Shown: positions 39,628 to 52,319 of the stretch, piece by piece | How positions within the stretch are numbered: the stretch's first letter is position 1 | Layout of the letters: the number at the start of each line of letters is the position of its first letter | NCBI GenBank assembly: GCA_020624805.1 | Contig: JAHKVW010000017.1 | Coordinates: forward strand, 6,185-70,184 | Direction of reading: 5' to 3' | Length of the DNA stretch: 64,000 bases | DNA from: a bacterium | Lineage (GTDB): Bacteria; Bacillota; Clostridia; Oscillospirales; Acutalibacteraceae | Notes under the pieces: generated by a model | The model's input: only the letters and a program-made list of their open reading frames with translations | What the model was told of the DNA's origin: nothing | Databases searched by the model: none | Program-made: the position numbers and the translations under genes

Positions 39628-41061
39628 ATGATGAACAATATCCATGAAGAATGCGGCGTGTTCGGCATCTACAGCACGGATGATGACGATTTAGCGGCGT
39701 TGACCTATTACGGGCTGTATGCCTTACAGCACCGCGGACAGGAAAGCGCCGGTATTGCCGTGAACGATGACGGCGTGTTCCGCTGTATCAAAGGCGAAGG
39801 CTTGGTCAGCGAGGTGTTCAGCGGCGACAAGCTCCGATCCCTCGGGACGGGTCATATCGCTGTCGGTCATGTGCGTTATGCCACCACCGGCAGCAACGCC
39901 GCCCAGAATATCCAGCCGCTCTTGGTCAACCACCACAAGGGCAGGATGGCGCTGTGCCATAACGGCAATCTGTCCAATTCCTATCTGCTGAGAACAAGGC
40001 TGGAGGAAAACGGCGCGATCTTCCATACCACCACCGATTCCGAGGTTATCTCCTATATGATCGTACAGGAGCGACTGCGGCAGGGCTCGATCGAAAAGGC
40101 TGTCAGCTCGGCGATGGATACGATCGAGGGTGCGTATTCCCTCGTGATCTGCTCCCCGCAAAAGCTGATCGCCGTTCGTGATCCGCACGGTTTTCGTCCG
40201 CTGTGCTACGGCGTGACCGACAGCGGCAGTGTGGTATTCGCCTCGGAATCCTGCGCGCTGGACGCGGTCGGCGCCAAGCTCGTCAGAGATTTGATGCCGG
40301 GGGAGATGGCGATCGTCGACAAAAACGGTCTGCGATTCGATACGACGCACTGCGGCAAAGTGCCGAAACACTTTTGCGTGTTTGAATACATTTATTTTGC
40401 GCGTCCCGATTCGGTGATCGACGGCGCGTCTGTCAGTCTATGCCGCCAGCGAGCGGGCAGATTTCTGGCAAAAGAACACCCTGTGGACGCGGACATCGTG
40501 ATCGGTGTTCCCGATTCGGGGTTAGAGGCGGCGATCGGGTACTCGTATGAATCGGGGATACCATACGCTATCGGCTTCACCAAGAACAAATATATCGCCC
40601 GCACGTTTATCACTCCGGGACAGGGCTCGCGTGAAGCGGGCGTGGGGATCAAGCTCAATCCGATCCGTGAGATCGTCAGGGATAAGCGCGTCGTGCTGAT
40701 CGATGATTCGATCGTGCGTGGCACCACCTGCCGCCGTATCGCCGATCTCTTGTGGCAGGCGGGGGTCAAAGAGATCCATATGCGCGTCAGCGCCCCGCCC
40801 TTTGTCGCGCCGTGCTACTACGGTACCGACATCGACTCCGCCGATGTGCTGATCGCCAATCGAATGAGCACAGATGAGATCGCAAAGGAGATCGGCGTGA
40901 CTTCGCTCGGTTACCTCAGTATTGAAAATGTCAGACTGCTGACGGGAACGGACAGCGGCTTTTGTACCGCTTGTTTCGGCGGCAATTATCCGACCGCGAT
41001 CCCCGACAAAACAGCGAAGAATCGCTTTGAAACCAAAATCAGTGAACAGCAAAAGGGATGA
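39628..41061 (+). CDS. purF: amidophosphoribosyltransferase
   Basis: EECGVFG, LQHRGQESAG, VGHVRYAT, VLIDDSIVRGTT. Confidence 0.96.
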   Translation: MMNNIHEECGVFGIYSTDDDDLAALTYYGLYALQHRGQESAGIAVNDDGVFRCIKGEGLVSEVFSGDKLRSLGTGHIAVGHVRYATTGSNAAQNIQPLLVNHHKGRMALCHNGNLSNSYLLRTRLEENGAIFHTTTDSEVISYMIVQERLRQGSIEKAVSSAMDTIEGAYSLVICSPQKLIAVRDPHGFRPLCYGVTDSGSVVFASESCALDAVGAKLVRDLMPGEMAIVDKNGLRFDTTHCGKVPKHFCVFEYIYFARPDSVIDGASVSLCRQRAGRFLAKEHPVDADIVIGVPDSGLEAAIGYSYESGIPYAIGFTKNKYIARTFITPGQGSREAGVGIKLNPIREIVRDKRVVLIDDSIVRGTTCRRIADLLWQAGVKEIHMRVSAPPFVAPCYYGTDIDSADVLIANRMSTDEIAKEIGVTSLGYLSIENVRLLTGTDSGFCTACFGGNYPTAIPDKTAKNRFETKISEQQKG

Positions 41062-42170
41062 ATGGAATGAATGACAATTCACAATTCGATCGCAAATTGA
41101 TTTTAGAAAACGGCGCCTTGTTCTACGGAAAAGGGTTCGGCTGTACGGACGATAAGGTCGTTGAGATCGTGTTCAATACTTCGCCTGTCGGTTATCAGGA
41201 GATCCTCTCCGACCCGTCCTATACCGATCAGGGCGTCGTGATGGCGTATCCGCTCATCGGCAACTACGGCATGGCGGAGGATGACTACGAGTGCGACACG
41301 CCGACGATCGGCGCGCTGATCGTGCGCGAATATAACGGCGAGCCGTCCAACTTCCGCAGTAAGGAGCCCTTGGAGGATGTGATGAAGCGTTACGGTATCG
41401 TCGGCGTCAGCGAGATCGATACCAGACGGTTGATCCGACATATCCGTGATTACGGCTCATGCAAGGCGCTGATCACCTCCGCAAATACTCCGGCAGAGGT
41501 TGCCGAAAAAGCGATAAAAGAAGCCTCGCTCCCGCATGACGCTGTCAGCCGCGTCAGCAGGAATCGCTTTCAAAAATACGATTCAACCGAGCATTTGTAT
41601 CATGTCGTCGCGATCGACTGCGGCATGAAAATGAACATCGTGCGCTCACTCACACAAAGAGGCTGTGATGTGATGGTCGTTCCGTGGGACGCACGCGTGC
41701 GTGATATCCTTTCGCTCGATCCGGACGGTATCTTTTTATCTAACGGCCCCGGCAACCCGGAGGATGTTCCCGAGGTGATCGACGCTGTGAAGGAGCTGAT
41801 CGGCACTGTTCCGATTTTCGGTATCTGTCTGGGACATCAGATCCTGTCACTCGCCTACGGAGCGAAAACCTATAAGCTGAAATTCGGTCATCGCGGCGGC
41901 AATCATCCCGTCAAAAATCTGCTGACAAATCAAATCGAGATCACCTCGCAAAATCATTCTTACGCGGTCGACGCGGAAAGTCTGAAAAAAACGCCGCTCA
42001 CCGCGACGCATATCAATCTTCTGGACAACACGGTCGAAGGCGTCGAGTGCGCGAAAGACGCCGTCTTTGGTGTGCAGTATCATCCCGAATCCGCTCCGGG
42101 GCCGCAGGACAGCTCCTATCTGTTTGACCGGTTTATCGATTGGATGAAGGAGGCGAAAGACAATGCCTAA
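41058..42170 (+). CDS. carA: carbamoyl-phosphate synthase small subunit
   Basis: [43 protein letters not shown]. Confidence 0.96.
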   Translation: MNGMNDNSQFDRKLILENGALFYGKGFGCTDDKVVEIVFNTSPVGYQEILSDPSYTDQGVVMAYPLIGNYGMAEDDYECDTPTIGALIVREYNGEPSNFRSKEPLEDVMKRYGIVGVSEIDTRRLIRHIRDYGSCKALITSANTPAEVAEKAIKEASLPHDAVSRVSRNRFQKYDSTEHLYHVVAIDCGMKMNIVRSLTQRGCDVMVVPWDARVRDILSLDPDGIFLSNGPGNPEDVPEVIDAVKELIGTVPIFGICLGHQILSLAYGAKTYKLKFGHRGGNHPVKNLLTNQIEITSQNHSYAVDAESLKKTPLTATHINLLDNTVEGVECAKDAVFGVQYHPESAPGPQDSSYLFDRFIDWMKEAKDNA

Positions 42171-45100
42171 GAGAACGGATATACACAGGATCATGGTCAT
42201 CGGCTCGGGCCCGATCGTCATCGGTCAGGCGGCGGAGTTCGACTACGCGGGCACACAGGCTTGCTTAGCGCTCAGAGAAGAGGGCTACGAGGTCATCCTG
42301 TGCAACAGTAATCCCGCGACCATCATGACGGATACCATGATCGCGGACAAGGTCTATATGGAGCCGCTGACCCTTGAATATATCGCGAAGATCATCCGCA
42401 AGGAGCGTCCCGACGCGATCCTGCCCGGCATCGGCGGTCAGACGGGGCTGAACCTCGCGATGGAATTGGAACGCAAAGGCGTTCTGAAAGAATGTCAGGT
42501 CGAGCTGCTCGGCACATCCTCCGAGAGCATCGAGCGTGCCGAGGACAGAGAGCTGTTCAAGGAGATGTGTGAGAGTATCGGTGAGCCCGTCATCCCGTCA
42601 CAGATCACCTATAACCTGGAAGAAGCAAAAGAAGCTGCCGCGGCGGTCGGATATCCCGTTGTACTCCGTCCGGCGTTTACCCTCGGCGGTACAGGCGGCG
42701 GGTTCGCGGACAATGAAGCGGAACTCTCGGAGATCGGCAGACAGGCGTTTGCCCTGAGTCCCGTTCATCAGGTGCTGATCGAAAAGTCCGTTAAGGGCTA
42801 TAAGGAGATCGAGTATGAGGTCATCCGTGACGCGAACGATACCGCGATCACCGTCTGCAATATGGAAAACCTCGACCCGGTCGGTGTGCATACCGGCGAC
42901 AGCATCGTTGTCTGTCCGTCCCAGACTTTGACTAACAAGGAATACCATATGCTGCGTGACAGCGCGTTGAAAATTATCCGCACCTTGAAGATCGAGGGCG
43001 GTTGTAATGTGCAGTTCGCGCTTGATCCGCAGTCCTTTCAATACTATGTGATCGAGGTCAACCCTCGTGTGTCGCGTTCCTCAGCGCTCGCCAGTAAAGC
43101 CTCAGGCTATCCGATCGCCCGCGTCAGTGCGAAGATCGGCGTCGGACTGCGGCTCGAGGAGATCCCCCTCGCCAATACGCCCGCGTCATTCGAGCCCGCA
43201 CTCGACTATGTCGTGACGAAGCTGCCGCGCTTTCCGTTTGACAAATTTGCCTCCGCTCCCAACACCCTCGGCACCCAGATGAAGGCGACAGGCGAGATCA
43301 TGAGCGTCGGCAGGACGCTGGAAGAAAGCCTGCTCAAAGGCATCCGCTCACTGGAAACAGGCGTGGATCATCTGTATCTCGAGAAGTTCGATGGTATGGC
43401 GACAGATGAACTCCTCTGCTATATTCGACAGGGCACCGACGACCGCATCTTCGCGATCGCCGAACTGCTCAGGAAAAATATCGACATAGACACGATTTTT
43501 GAGCAGACGGAGATCGACCGCTTCTTTCTCCGCAAGCTAAAAAATATTATCGATACAGAGCGTGAGTTGAGCGCTCATATTAATGATAAAGCCGCGTTGT
43601 ATCACGCAAAACGGATGGGCTTTTCAGACAAAGCGATCGCGCGCTTGTGGAGCACCGATGAACTGACGATCTATCATACCCGAAAGGAAAACGGGATCGT
43701 TCCGATCTTCAAGATGATCGACACCTGCGCCTCCGAGTTCAAGAGCTATGTGCCGTACTTTTACTCCACATATGAGGAAGAGAATGAGAGTGTCCGCACC
43801 GATAAGAAAAAGATCATCGTGCTCGGCGCGGGTCCGATCCGTATCGGTCAGGGCGTAGAGTTCGACTACAGTACCGTCCACGCGGTACAGACCATTCGTC
43901 GCGCGGGTTATGAGGCGATCATCATCAACAACAACCCCGAGACCGTTTCCACAGACTACACCACCGCCGATAAGCTCTACTTTGAGCCCCTCACTCCCGA
44001 GGACGTCATGGCGATCATCGACTTTGAACAGCCCGAGGGCGTTATCGCTTCCTTAGGCGGTCAGACTGCGATCAACCTTGCTCAGCCGCTGATGGACAGA
44101 GGCGTGAAGATTATCGGCACCGACTGTGCCGCGATCGAAAGAGCGGAGAATCGCGACAGCTTCAACGCGATCATCAAGGAGCTCGGCATCCCGCAGCCCG
44201 CGGGTCAGGCGGTCACCTCGATCGAGGAAGGCGTGAAAGCCGCTGCTGAGATCGGCTACCCCGTGCTCGTCCGCCCGTCCTTCGTACTCGGCGGCAGAGC
44301 GATGCAGATCGTCAGCAAAGAGGAAGACCTCAGACATTATTTAAAGACTGCGGTTGAGATCGACGAGGATAAGCCTGTACTGGTCGATAAATACATCATG
44401 GGTAAAGAGGTCGAGGTCGACGCCATCTGCGACGGCGTAGACGTATTCGTGCCCGGTATCATGGAGCTGGTCGAGCGTACAGGCGTTCATTCGGGCGACT
44501 CTATCTCCGTTTATCCGTCCTTCTCCATCTCCGATAAGGTCAAGGGTATCATCCTGCAATACGCGAAGAAGCTCGGTAAAGCGATCGGCATCATCGGTCT
44601 GTACAACATCCAGTTCATCGTTGACGAAAACGACGATGTTTACATTATCGAAGTCAATCCCCGTTCTTCCAGAACCGTTCCGTTCCTGTCTAAATCCACA
44701 GGTTATTCATTGGCGGATATCGCGACCGAGGTCATCCTCGGCAAGTCGCTCAAGGAGCAGGGCATCTTCCAGCTCTATCCCGAGGAGAAGAAGCGTTACT
44801 ACGTCAAGGTTCCGGTATTCTCGTTCCAGAAGATCAAGGGTCTGGATGCTTACCTTTCTCCCGAAATGAAGTCGACCGGTGAAGCCATCGGTTATGATAA
44901 GAAGCTGTCGCGCGCCATGTATAAGGCGCTCGTCGCGGCAGGCACCAAGGTGCAGAACTACGGCACCGTCATCGTCACCCTCGCCGACGAGGACAAGGAA
45001 GAGGCTGTTCCGCTGGTACGCCGCTTCTACAACCTCGGCTTCAACATCGAGGCGACCGACCTGACCGCAAAGGTCATGCGCGCGAACGGCATCAAGACCC

Positions 45101-45342
45101 GCAAGCTGGGTAAGATCAGCGAGGGCAGCACCGAGATACTCGACGCGATCCGCGCAGGCTACGTCAGCTATGTTATCAACACCCGCGCCATCATGTCGGG
45201 CGTCCACTATGAGGACGGCACTGCCATCCGTCAGACGGCTGTCGAGAACGGCGTGACCATCTTCACATCATTAGATACCGTTCGTGTTCTGCTCGATGTA
45301 CTCGAAGAAACCACGCTGACGATCTCGACGATAGATGCGTGA
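42163..45342 (+). CDS. carB: carbamoyl-phosphate synthase large subunit
   Basis: [22 protein letters not shown], duplicated ATP-grasp domains. Confidence 0.97.
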   Translation: MPKRTDIHRIMVIGSGPIVIGQAAEFDYAGTQACLALREEGYEVILCNSNPATIMTDTMIADKVYMEPLTLEYIAKIIRKERPDAILPGIGGQTGLNLAMELERKGVLKECQVELLGTSSESIERAEDRELFKEMCESIGEPVIPSQITYNLEEAKEAAAAVGYPVVLRPAFTLGGTGGGFADNEAELSEIGRQAFALSPVHQVLIEKSVKGYKEIEYEVIRDANDTAITVCNMENLDPVGVHTGDSIVVCPSQTLTNKEYHMLRDSALKIIRTLKIEGGCNVQFALDPQSFQYYVIEVNPRVSRSSALASKASGYPIARVSAKIGVGLRLEEIPLANTPASFEPALDYVVTKLPRFPFDKFASAPNTLGTQMKATGEIMSVGRTLEESLLKGIRSLETGVDHLYLEKFDGMATDELLCYIRQGTDDRIFAIAELLRKNIDIDTIFEQTEIDRFFLRKLKNIIDTERELSAHINDKAALYHAKRMGFSDKAIARLWSTDELTIYHTRKENGIVPIFKMIDTCASEFKSYVPYFYSTYEEENESVRTDKKKIIVLGAGPIRIGQGVEFDYSTVHAVQTIRRAGYEAIIINNNPETVSTDYTTADKLYFEPLTPEDVMAIIDFEQPEGVIASLGGQTAINLAQPLMDRGVKIIGTDCAAIERAENRDSFNAIIKELGIPQPAGQAVTSIEEGVKAAAEIGYPVLVRPSFVLGGRAMQIVSKEEDLRHYLKTAVEIDEDKPVLVDKYIMGKEVEVDAICDGVDVFVPGIMELVERTGVHSGDSISVYPSFSISDKVKGIILQYAKKLGKAIGIIGLYNIQFIVDENDDVYIIEVNPRSSRTVPFLSKSTGYSLADIATEVILGKSLKEQGIFQLYPEEKKRYYVKVPVFSFQKIKGLDAYLSPEMKSTGEAIGYDKKLSRAMYKALVAAGTKVQNYGTVIVTLADEDKEEAVPLVRRFYNLGFNIEATDLTAKVMRANGIKTRKLGKISEGSTEILDAIRAGYVSYVINTRAIMSGVHYEDGTAIRQTAVENGVTIFTSLDTVRVLLDVLEETTLTISTIDA

Positions 45343-45490
45343 CGCACGCGTCAGAGTAAATCCGGTGTAAACAGTGAAGTGATAAATAATAAAAAGCGTC
45401 GGGCAAAGGTGGTTTGTGCCATCTTTGCCCGACGCTGATATATTTGACTAATATGTCATCTTTATCTCGTAACGCATAAGAATACGTTCG

Positions 45491-46261
45491 TTATCTGATC
45501 GCATCCTTCATGGATTTCACATATTCTCCTACGTATTCGGACGCGTTTTTGCCGTGCTTTTCGAGCAGCTTGACGATCGCGGAGCCGACGATCGCGCCGT
45601 CGGAGAGATCCGCCATCTTCTTCGCTTGTTCAGGTGTGGAAATGCCGAACCCGATCGCGCAGGGTGTGTCTGTGTTCTCCCGAATGACCTTGATAATGGA
45701 TGTAAGATCGGTTTTGATCTCACTGCGCATACCCGTCACGCCTAAGCTGGATACAACATAGATGAATCCCTCCGCTTCTTTGGCGATCATTGCGATACGA
45801 TTTTCGGAGGTGGGCGCGATCAGAGAGATCAGATCAACATCGTATTGAAGACAAATCGGGAGAAATTCATCTTTTTCTTCAAACGGAAGATCGGGCAGGA
45901 TCAGTCCGTCGATCCCGATCTCGTGACAGGTCGAGATGAATCTTTCTGCGCCGTAGGAGAATACGACGTTCGAGTAGGTCATGAACACCATCGGCACGCT
46001 GACGTCGCGGCGCAGCTCCTTGACGAGTGAAAAGACCTTGTCGGTCGTGACGCCGCCGGAAAGCGCTCTGAGATTTGCTCCTTGGATCACGGGTCCTTCC
46101 GCGGTAGGATCGGAGAAGGGGATACCCAGCTCGATCAGGTCGGCGCCGTTTTCCACCGCGGAACGCACGACCGCCGCTGTCGTTTCCAAATCGGGATCGC
46201 CGCAGGTGATGAAGGCGATGAAGGCTTTTCCGTTAGTAAAAGCTTTGCGGATATTACTCAT
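45491..46261 (-). CDS. trpA: tryptophan synthase alpha
   Basis: [33 protein letters not shown]. Confidence 0.95.
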   Translation of the reverse strand: MSNIRKAFTNGKAFIAFITCGDPDLETTAAVVRSAVENGADLIELGIPFSDPTAEGPVIQGANLRALSGGVTTDKVFSLVKELRRDVSVPMVFMTYSNVVFSYGAERFISTCHEIGIDGLILPDLPFEEKDEFLPICLQYDVDLISLIAPTSENRIAMIAKEAEGFIYVVSSLGVTGMRSEIKTDLTSIIKVIRENTDTPCAIGFGISTPEQAKKMADLSDGAIVGSAIVKLLEKHGKNASEYVGEYVKSMKDAIR

Positions 46262-47447
46262 AGATATCCTCCCCTCTGTAGCGCGCGATAGCGGCACAGT
46301 CCTTATCTCCTCTGCCGGAGATCGTGATCACGATGATTTTGTCCCGATCCATCGTCGGCGCAAGCTTGATCGCGTGCGCAACGGCGTGCGCCGATTCGAT
46401 CGCGGGGATGATCCCCTCTGTTTTCGCGAGGTATTCAAAGGCGCATACCGCCTCTTCGTCGGTGATCGGCACATACTCCGCTCTGCCGATATCATGCAGA
46501 TGAGCGTGCTCGGGTCCCACACCGGGATAATCCAATCCGGCTGAGATCGAATAGACGGGGGCGATCTGGCCGTATTCATCCTGACAGAAATAGGATTTCA
46601 TGCCGTGGAAGATGCCGAGCTTGCCGGTAGCGATGGTCGCGGCTGTCTCAAAGGTGTCGACGCCTCTGCCTGCCGCCTCACAGCCGATCAAGCGAACCTC
46701 CTCATCATCGATGAAATGATAAAAGCTGCCGATCGCGTTGGAGCCGCCGCCGACGCACGCGATCACGGCGTCGGGCAGTCTGCCTTCCTTTTGCAGCATT
46801 TGTTCCTTGATCTCCTTGGAGATGACCGCCTGAAAATCGCGGACGATGGTCGGGAACGGATGCGGCCCCATCACCGAACCGAGGCAGTAGTGGGTGTCGC
46901 TGATGCGTGACGTCCACTCGCGCATGGCTTCGGATACCGCGTCCTTGAGGGTCGCGGTACCGCTTTTGACAGGGATGACCTCTGCGCCTAAAAGCCGCAT
47001 ACGGTAGACGTTCAGCGCCTGTCTTATCGTATCCTCTTCGCCCATAAAAACCACACACTCCATCCCCATCAGGGCGGCGGCTGTCGCGGTGGCGACGCCG
47101 TGCTGACCGGCTCCCGTCTCGGCGATCAGGCGAGTCTTGCCCATCTTTTTCGCAAGGAGCGCCTGTCCGAGAACGTTGTTGATCTTATGCGCGCCGGTGT
47201 GATTCAGATCCTCGCGCTTGAGATAGATCTTCGCGCCTCCGAGGTCGTTCGTCATCTTCTCTGCAAAATAGAGCCTTGACGGTCTGCCGGCGTATTCGTT
47301 GAACAACTCCCCGAGTTCTCTGTTGAATTCGGGGTCGTTTTTATAGTGATCGTACGCTTTTTCCAGCTCGATCACGGCGTTCATCAGCGTTTCGGGGATA
47401 TACTGACCGCCGTGGATGCCGAAGCGTTCGTTTGGATTCGTCATCAT
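46254..47447 (-). CDS. trpB: tryptophan synthase beta
   Basis: [40 protein letters not shown]. Confidence 0.97.
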   Translation of the reverse strand: MMTNPNERFGIHGGQYIPETLMNAVIELEKAYDHYKNDPEFNRELGELFNEYAGRPSRLYFAEKMTNDLGGAKIYLKREDLNHTGAHKINNVLGQALLAKKMGKTRLIAETGAGQHGVATATAAALMGMECVVFMGEEDTIRQALNVYRMRLLGAEVIPVKSGTATLKDAVSEAMREWTSRISDTHYCLGSVMGPHPFPTIVRDFQAVISKEIKEQMLQKEGRLPDAVIACVGGGSNAIGSFYHFIDDEEVRLIGCEAAGRGVDTFETAATIATGKLGIFHGMKSYFCQDEYGQIAPVYSISAGLDYPGVGPEHAHLHDIGRAEYVPITDEEAVCAFEYLAKTEGIIPAIESAHAVAHAIKLAPTMDRDKIIVITISGRGDKDCAAIARYRGEDIYE

Positions 47448-48049
47448 TTCTCTTCCTTTCTGACGGCGGCGATAAATGCCGCCGCTTTTTCTTCGTCTTT
47501 ACGTCCGTCCGTTTCGATGCCGGAGCTGACGTCTACCGCGTATGGATGCAGTCGCTTTACTGCTTCTCTGACGTTATCGGGTGACAGCCCTCCTGCAAGA
47601 AAATACGGTCTTTTGACCTCCCGCAATACCGACCAATCGAATACATTACCTGTTCCCGCGCCGGAGTCCAGCAGGATATGATCGGCGGTGCAGGCTTTTG
47701 CCTCGGCGAGATCATGAGGGGATTTGATCTGAAACGCCTTGATGATCGGCTGATCGGTACGCTGTCTTAACCTTTGTATATAGGCTTCATCCTCGCCGCC
47801 GTGAAGCTGAGCGATATCAATGATACCGCTGTTCAGAAGCGCGGCAACCGTATCGGGCGCTTCATCGACAAACACGCCGACCGCCCGGATATCGGACGAC
47901 AGCAGTTCTTTTAACTGAGCCGCTTTTTGCGGATCGATATACCGCTTGCTTTTCGGTGCAAACACAAAGCCGATATATTCCGGCATTAATTCATTTGCCG
48001 TTTGGATATCGCACGGACGTGACAGCCCGCACAGCTTGATCTTTGTCAT
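47444..48049 (-). CDS. trpF: phosphoribosylanthranilate isomerase
   Basis: [23 protein letters not shown]. Confidence 0.94.
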   Translation of the reverse strand: MTKIKLCGLSRPCDIQTANELMPEYIGFVFAPKSKRYIDPQKAAQLKELLSSDIRAVGVFVDEAPDTVAALLNSGIIDIAQLHGGEDEAYIQRLRQRTDQPIIKAFQIKSPHDLAEAKACTADHILLDSGAGTGNVFDWSVLREVKRPYFLAGGLSPDNVREAVKRLHPYAVDVSSGIETDGRKDEEKAAAFIAAVRKEEK

Positions 48050-48828
48050 AGCATACTCCGTAATTCCGCGAGCTTCGCCTTTTTGTCGGGCGCTTTCATC
48101 AGCGCTTCGCCGATCAGTACCGCGTCCGCCCCGAACTCACACAGACGCTTGACGTCCTCTGCGTCTTTGACGCCGCTTTCGGAGACGAAAAGGATATCCT
48201 GCGGGATCAGCTCTCTGAGCCTTGCGCTGTTATCGGTATCAACCGAAAAATCCTTCAGATTGCGGTTGTTGACGCCGATGATCCGTGCACCGGAGCGGAT
48301 TGCCGCGTTGACCTCCTGCTCATCATGTGCCTCTACCAGCGCCGACAGTCCGAGTTCGTCACAGACAGCGATGTATTCTTTGATCTGCGTTTCGCTCAGG
48401 ATGGAGCAAATCAGCAGCACCGCGGACGCGCCGAGGAGCTTTGCCTCATAGATCATGTATTCGTCAACGGTGAAATCCTTGCGCAGGCAGGGGATCGAAA
48501 CAGTGTTCGCGATCTCTCTGAGATAGTCATCACTGCCCAAAAACCACTTCGGCTCGGTCAGCACGGAGATGCAGTCCGCACCCGCCGCCTCATAATCCAT
48601 CGCGATCCGCGCATACGGAAAATCCGGAGCGATCAAGCCCTTGGAGGGAGAGGCCTTTTTGCATTCGCAGATAAAGGAGATCCCCGGCTTTTTCAGCGCG
48701 GTTTCAAAAGCGAAAGCTCCCCTCGGCAGATTCTCCGCCTGTCGCCGAATGGCGGATAAAGACGTCGCCTTTTTGGCTTCACATACCCGTTCCTTCGCGT
48801 GTTCCGCGAGACGGTCGAGGATCGTCAT
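48046..48828 (-). CDS. trpC: indole-3-glycerol phosphate synthase
   Basis: [35 protein letters not shown]. Confidence 0.95.
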   Translation of the reverse strand: MTILDRLAEHAKERVCEAKKATSLSAIRRQAENLPRGAFAFETALKKPGISFICECKKASPSKGLIAPDFPYARIAMDYEAAGADCISVLTEPKWFLGSDDYLREIANTVSIPCLRKDFTVDEYMIYEAKLLGASAVLLICSILSETQIKEYIAVCDELGLSALVEAHDEQEVNAAIRSGARIIGVNNRNLKDFSVDTDNSARLRELIPQDILFVSESGVKDAEDVKRLCEFGADAVLIGEALMKAPDKKAKLAELRSML

Positions 48829-49859
48829 GCTTCCACCTCGGGACGGTTGCTGACCTCGATCAGCTTTTCCAGCGTCGCGAGCGCCTTACCGGAGTCGATG
48901 ATCTGAGCGGCAAGTGCAATGCCGTCCTTCATGCTGTCCGCTTTGCCGCCGATATACAGCGCCGCGCCGGCATTCATCAGCACGGCGTTGCGCTTATGGC
49001 CCTTTTCTCCGTTCAGGATCGCAAGGGTGATCTGCGCGTTTTCTTCGGGTGTACCGCCTCTCAGATCGTCCTTAGTACAGCGCTCAAAGCCGAACTTTTC
49101 GGGCGTGATCACCGAGGATTTGAACCATCCGTCCTTGATCTCACAGATCGTGGTCGGTGCGCTCAAGGAGATCTCGTCCAGCTTTTCCTGACCGTACACG
49201 ACCATACCGCGGCGGATGCCGAGGTTGACGAGCACCTGTGCCAATGGCTCCACCAGATAGTCGTCATACACGCCTAAGAGCTGCATGGTCGGCGAGCCGG
49301 GATTGGTGAGCGGTCCGAGGATATTGAAGACGGTCCTGAAGCCGAGCTCTCTGCGGATCCCGCCGACATATTTCATCGAGGTATGATACTTTTGCGCGAA
49401 GAAGAAGCACATACCGACCTCGTTCAACAACTCGACACATCTTGCGGGACTTTGGTTGATGTTCACGCCGAGCGCCTCCAGACAATCCGCCGTACCGCAA
49501 AGGGAAGACGCGGCGCGGTTGCCGTGCTTCGCGACCTTCATACCGCCTGCCGCCGCGACAAGCGCGGTGGTGGTGGAGATGTTGAAGCTGTGGGCGTTGT
49601 CGCCGCCCGTGCCGACAACCTCAAAGAGCTCCATGCCGGTATCGACCTTGGTAGCGTGATCACGCATCGCCGCGGCACATCCCGCGATCTCATCCGTTGT
49701 TTCCGCTCTGGCGCTCTTCGTGGACAGTGCCGCCAAAAAAGCGGCGTTTTGGGTCGCTGATGTTTCTCCGCTCATGATCTCGTTCATGACGGCATATGCC
49801 TCGTCATAGGTGAGATCCTCCTTACTGACTATTTTTTCGATTGCTTCTTTGATCATCAT
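48825..49859 (-). CDS. trpD: anthranilate phosphoribosyltransferase
   Basis: [20 protein letters not shown]; ATG at 49859 after AAGGAAGG. Confidence 0.95.
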   Translation of the reverse strand: MMIKEAIEKIVSKEDLTYDEAYAVMNEIMSGETSATQNAAFLAALSTKSARAETTDEIAGCAAAMRDHATKVDTGMELFEVVGTGGDNAHSFNISTTTALVAAAGGMKVAKHGNRAASSLCGTADCLEALGVNINQSPARCVELLNEVGMCFFFAQKYHTSMKYVGGIRRELGFRTVFNILGPLTNPGSPTMQLLGVYDDYLVEPLAQVLVNLGIRRGMVVYGQEKLDEISLSAPTTICEIKDGWFKSSVITPEKFGFERCTKDDLRGGTPEENAQITLAILNGEKGHKRNAVLMNAGAALYIGGKADSMKDGIALAAQIIDSGKALATLEKLIEVSNRPEVEA

Positions 49860-49891
49860 AAACCTTCCTTTGTATCTGAATGACGACTGTA

Positions 49892-50458
49892 TCAGCCGAC
49901 TAAAAAGTTTTTCAATATGGTTTTTCCGTCCGGCGTCAAAATGGATTCGGGGTGGAACTGGACGCCGTAAACAGGAAAGATCTTGTGCTGTACCGCCATG
50001 ACCTCGCCGTCCTTTGTCGTCGCGGTAACGCGCAGACAGTCGGGCATGGTGTCGGGATCGGCGGCAAGTGAATGGTAACGCGCAACGAGGGAGTTCTCGG
50101 GGCAGCGGCTGAACAGCGGACAGGCGGCGTCGAAATGCACCTCGCTTTGCTTGCCGTGCATGAGCTGCTTGGCATAGGTGATCGTCGCGCCGTACACGGC
50201 ACAGATCGCCTGATGACCGAGACATACGCCGAGGATCGGGATCTCTATGCCGAGCTTTCGGACGACCTCGATGATGTTGCCGGCGTCCTCCGGCCTGCCC
50301 GGTCCCGGAGAAAGGATGATACGGTCGGGCGCCAGCGCGCGGATCTCCTCGACGGTCAGTTCATCGTTGCGGATGACCTTGATATCGGGATCGATCTCTC
50401 CGATGTACTGGTAAAGATTGTAGGAAAAGCTGTCGTAATTGTCGATCAATAATACCAT
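49892..50458 (-). CDS. trpG: anthranilate synthase component II (glutamine amidotransferase)
   Basis: [35 protein letters not shown]; TAATG coupling to trpE. Confidence 0.95.
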   Translation of the reverse strand: MVLLIDNYDSFSYNLYQYIGEIDPDIKVIRNDELTVEEIRALAPDRIILSPGPGRPEDAGNIIEVVRKLGIEIPILGVCLGHQAICAVYGATITYAKQLMHGKQSEVHFDAACPLFSRCPENSLVARYHSLAADPDTMPDCLRVTATTKDGEVMAVQHKIFPVYGVQFHPESILTPDGKTILKNFLVG

Positions 50459-51921
50459 TATTCCACCTCCTGCGCGATCCGGAGCGCCGCGAGCGAGGCT
50501 TTCGCTTTGTTCAGGCACTCCTCATATTCCTTTTCGGGGTCGGAGTCGGCGACGATCCCCGCGCCGCTGCGGACAAACACCTTTCCGTTCTTCTTATAGG
50601 CGATACGGATGGCGATGCAGGTGTCCATGTTGCCGGTGAAATCGATGTAGCCGATCGCGCCGCCGTAGATGCCGCGCTTGTTGTTCTCTAACTCTCCGAT
50701 CAACTGACAGGCTCGTATCTTCGGCGCTCCGGACAGCGTTCCCGCGGGCAGTACCGCTTCGATCGCGTCCAGCGCATCCTTATCGTCGCGTATTTCGCCG
50801 CGTACCGTTGAGCCGATATGCATGACGTGGGAGAACCGTTCGACGGAGTGCAGCTTTTCGACCGCTACGGTGCCGAATTTGCTGATCTTGCCCAGGTCGT
50901 TGCGTCCGAGATCGACCAGCATATTGTGCTCGGCAAGCTCCTTTTCATCACACAGCAGCTCCGCTTCCAGCGCCCTGTCCTCCTCTTCTGTTTTTCCTCT
51001 GGGTCTGGTGCCGGCGAGCGGAAAGGTATGGAGCACACCGTCCTCCAGCTTGACCAAGGTTTCCGGTGAAGCGCCCGCGACCTCAACATCCGTGCCGGAG
51101 AAATAGAACATATACGGCGAGGGATTGATGGTTCTGAGCACGCGGTAGGTATTGAACAGGCTGCCTTCAAACGGAGCGGATAAACGATTTGACAGCACGA
51201 TCTGGAAGATATCGCCCTCACGGATATGGTGCTTTGCCTTTTCCACCATCGCGCAGAACTTCTTTTGATCAAACAGGGGTGTGACCTCACCTGTCAGCTT
51301 TCCGGCGGGTTCACTCTTCTTAGCGCCGTTTTTCAGAAGATCGCTGAGCTGGGAAAGCTCCATGACCGCCTTGTTGTAGCCGACCTCTACGTCATTGAGA
51401 GGCATATTGACGATGAGGATGATCTTTTGTTTCAGGTGATCAAAGGCGATCACCTTGTCAAACAGCATCAGATCAACGTCCTTGAAGTTCTCTGTATCCT
51501 CCGTGTCACGTTTTACGCTCGGCTCGCTGTAGGTAAGATAATCATAGGAAAAATAGCCGACCAGACCGCCCGTGAAGGGAGGCAGATAATCAAAACGAGG
51601 ACTCTTGTATTCGCTGAGGATCTGCCGCAGATATGCAGAAGGATCATCGGTACGGACCTTGAGGTTTCCGAGCTTCATTTCCCCTTCTATGCAGGTGATC
51701 TCCATCTTCGGCTCAAAGCCGAGAAAGGTATACCGCCCCCATGTTTCGTTTGATTGCGCGGATTCCAGCATATAGCAATGTGTCGAAACATTTTTCAGGA
51801 TCCTCATGGCCTCGATGGGCGTGGTGAAATCCGACAGGATCTCCGTGCTCACCGGAAGTACATTGTATTGAGCCGATGCCGCGATCTCTTTGACCCGAGA
51901 ATAGTCCGGCAGTATTTTCAT
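50458..51921 (-). CDS. trpE: anthranilate synthase component I
   Basis: GDIFQIVLS, GASPE, KELAEHNMLVDLGRND, PAGTLSGAPK. Confidence 0.96.
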   Translation of the reverse strand: MKILPDYSRVKEIAASAQYNVLPVSTEILSDFTTPIEAMRILKNVSTHCYMLESAQSNETWGRYTFLGFEPKMEITCIEGEMKLGNLKVRTDDPSAYLRQILSEYKSPRFDYLPPFTGGLVGYFSYDYLTYSEPSVKRDTEDTENFKDVDLMLFDKVIAFDHLKQKIILIVNMPLNDVEVGYNKAVMELSQLSDLLKNGAKKSEPAGKLTGEVTPLFDQKKFCAMVEKAKHHIREGDIFQIVLSNRLSAPFEGSLFNTYRVLRTINPSPYMFYFSGTDVEVAGASPETLVKLEDGVLHTFPLAGTRPRGKTEEEDRALEAELLCDEKELAEHNMLVDLGRNDLGKISKFGTVAVEKLHSVERFSHVMHIGSTVRGEIRDDKDALDAIEAVLPAGTLSGAPKIRACQLIGELENNKRGIYGGAIGYIDFTGNMDTCIAIRIAYKKNGKVFVRSGAGIVADSDPEKEYEECLNKAKASLAALRIAQEVE

Positions 51922-51949
51922 ATTTGACCCTCCGTTTATAAAAATTAAA

Positions 51950-52240
51950 AATAAAAACGCCATCGGCAGAATTGACTTCTGCCAAGGACGAATAACAGCT
52001 TATCCGCGGTGCCACCTTGATTTCACAGCATGACCTGTGCGCTTAGCGGGATACCAGCATATCCCCGGCAAATGACGTCTGCCTGCAACGTCGCAGAATA
52101 CTCTGTGACAAAAGCCACATTTGACTGCGCCCTCCGCGGTCCATTTGACGACTTGTTTCTGACCCGACTCTCAGCAATGCGGGTTCTCTGTACAGGCATC
52201 ATCGCCGTTATCTCCGCTTCAACGGTTTGATGTGTTAAAT
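51950..52240 (-). ncRNA. T-box riboswitch (Trp specifier)
   Basis: Minus strand: AGAGA box, GCTGAGA, specifier UGG (52141-52143), T-box AAGGTGGCACCGCG (52005-52018), terminator GGCAGAA/TTCTGCC; promoter TTGACA-N17-TATAGT at 52277-52249. Confidence 0.93.
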
Positions 52241-52319
52241 TATTTCATACTATAGCATAACAAAAAACCATTGTCAATAGTTTTTTGCATAATCATCTGA
52301 ACAACGTATATAATTTCAC

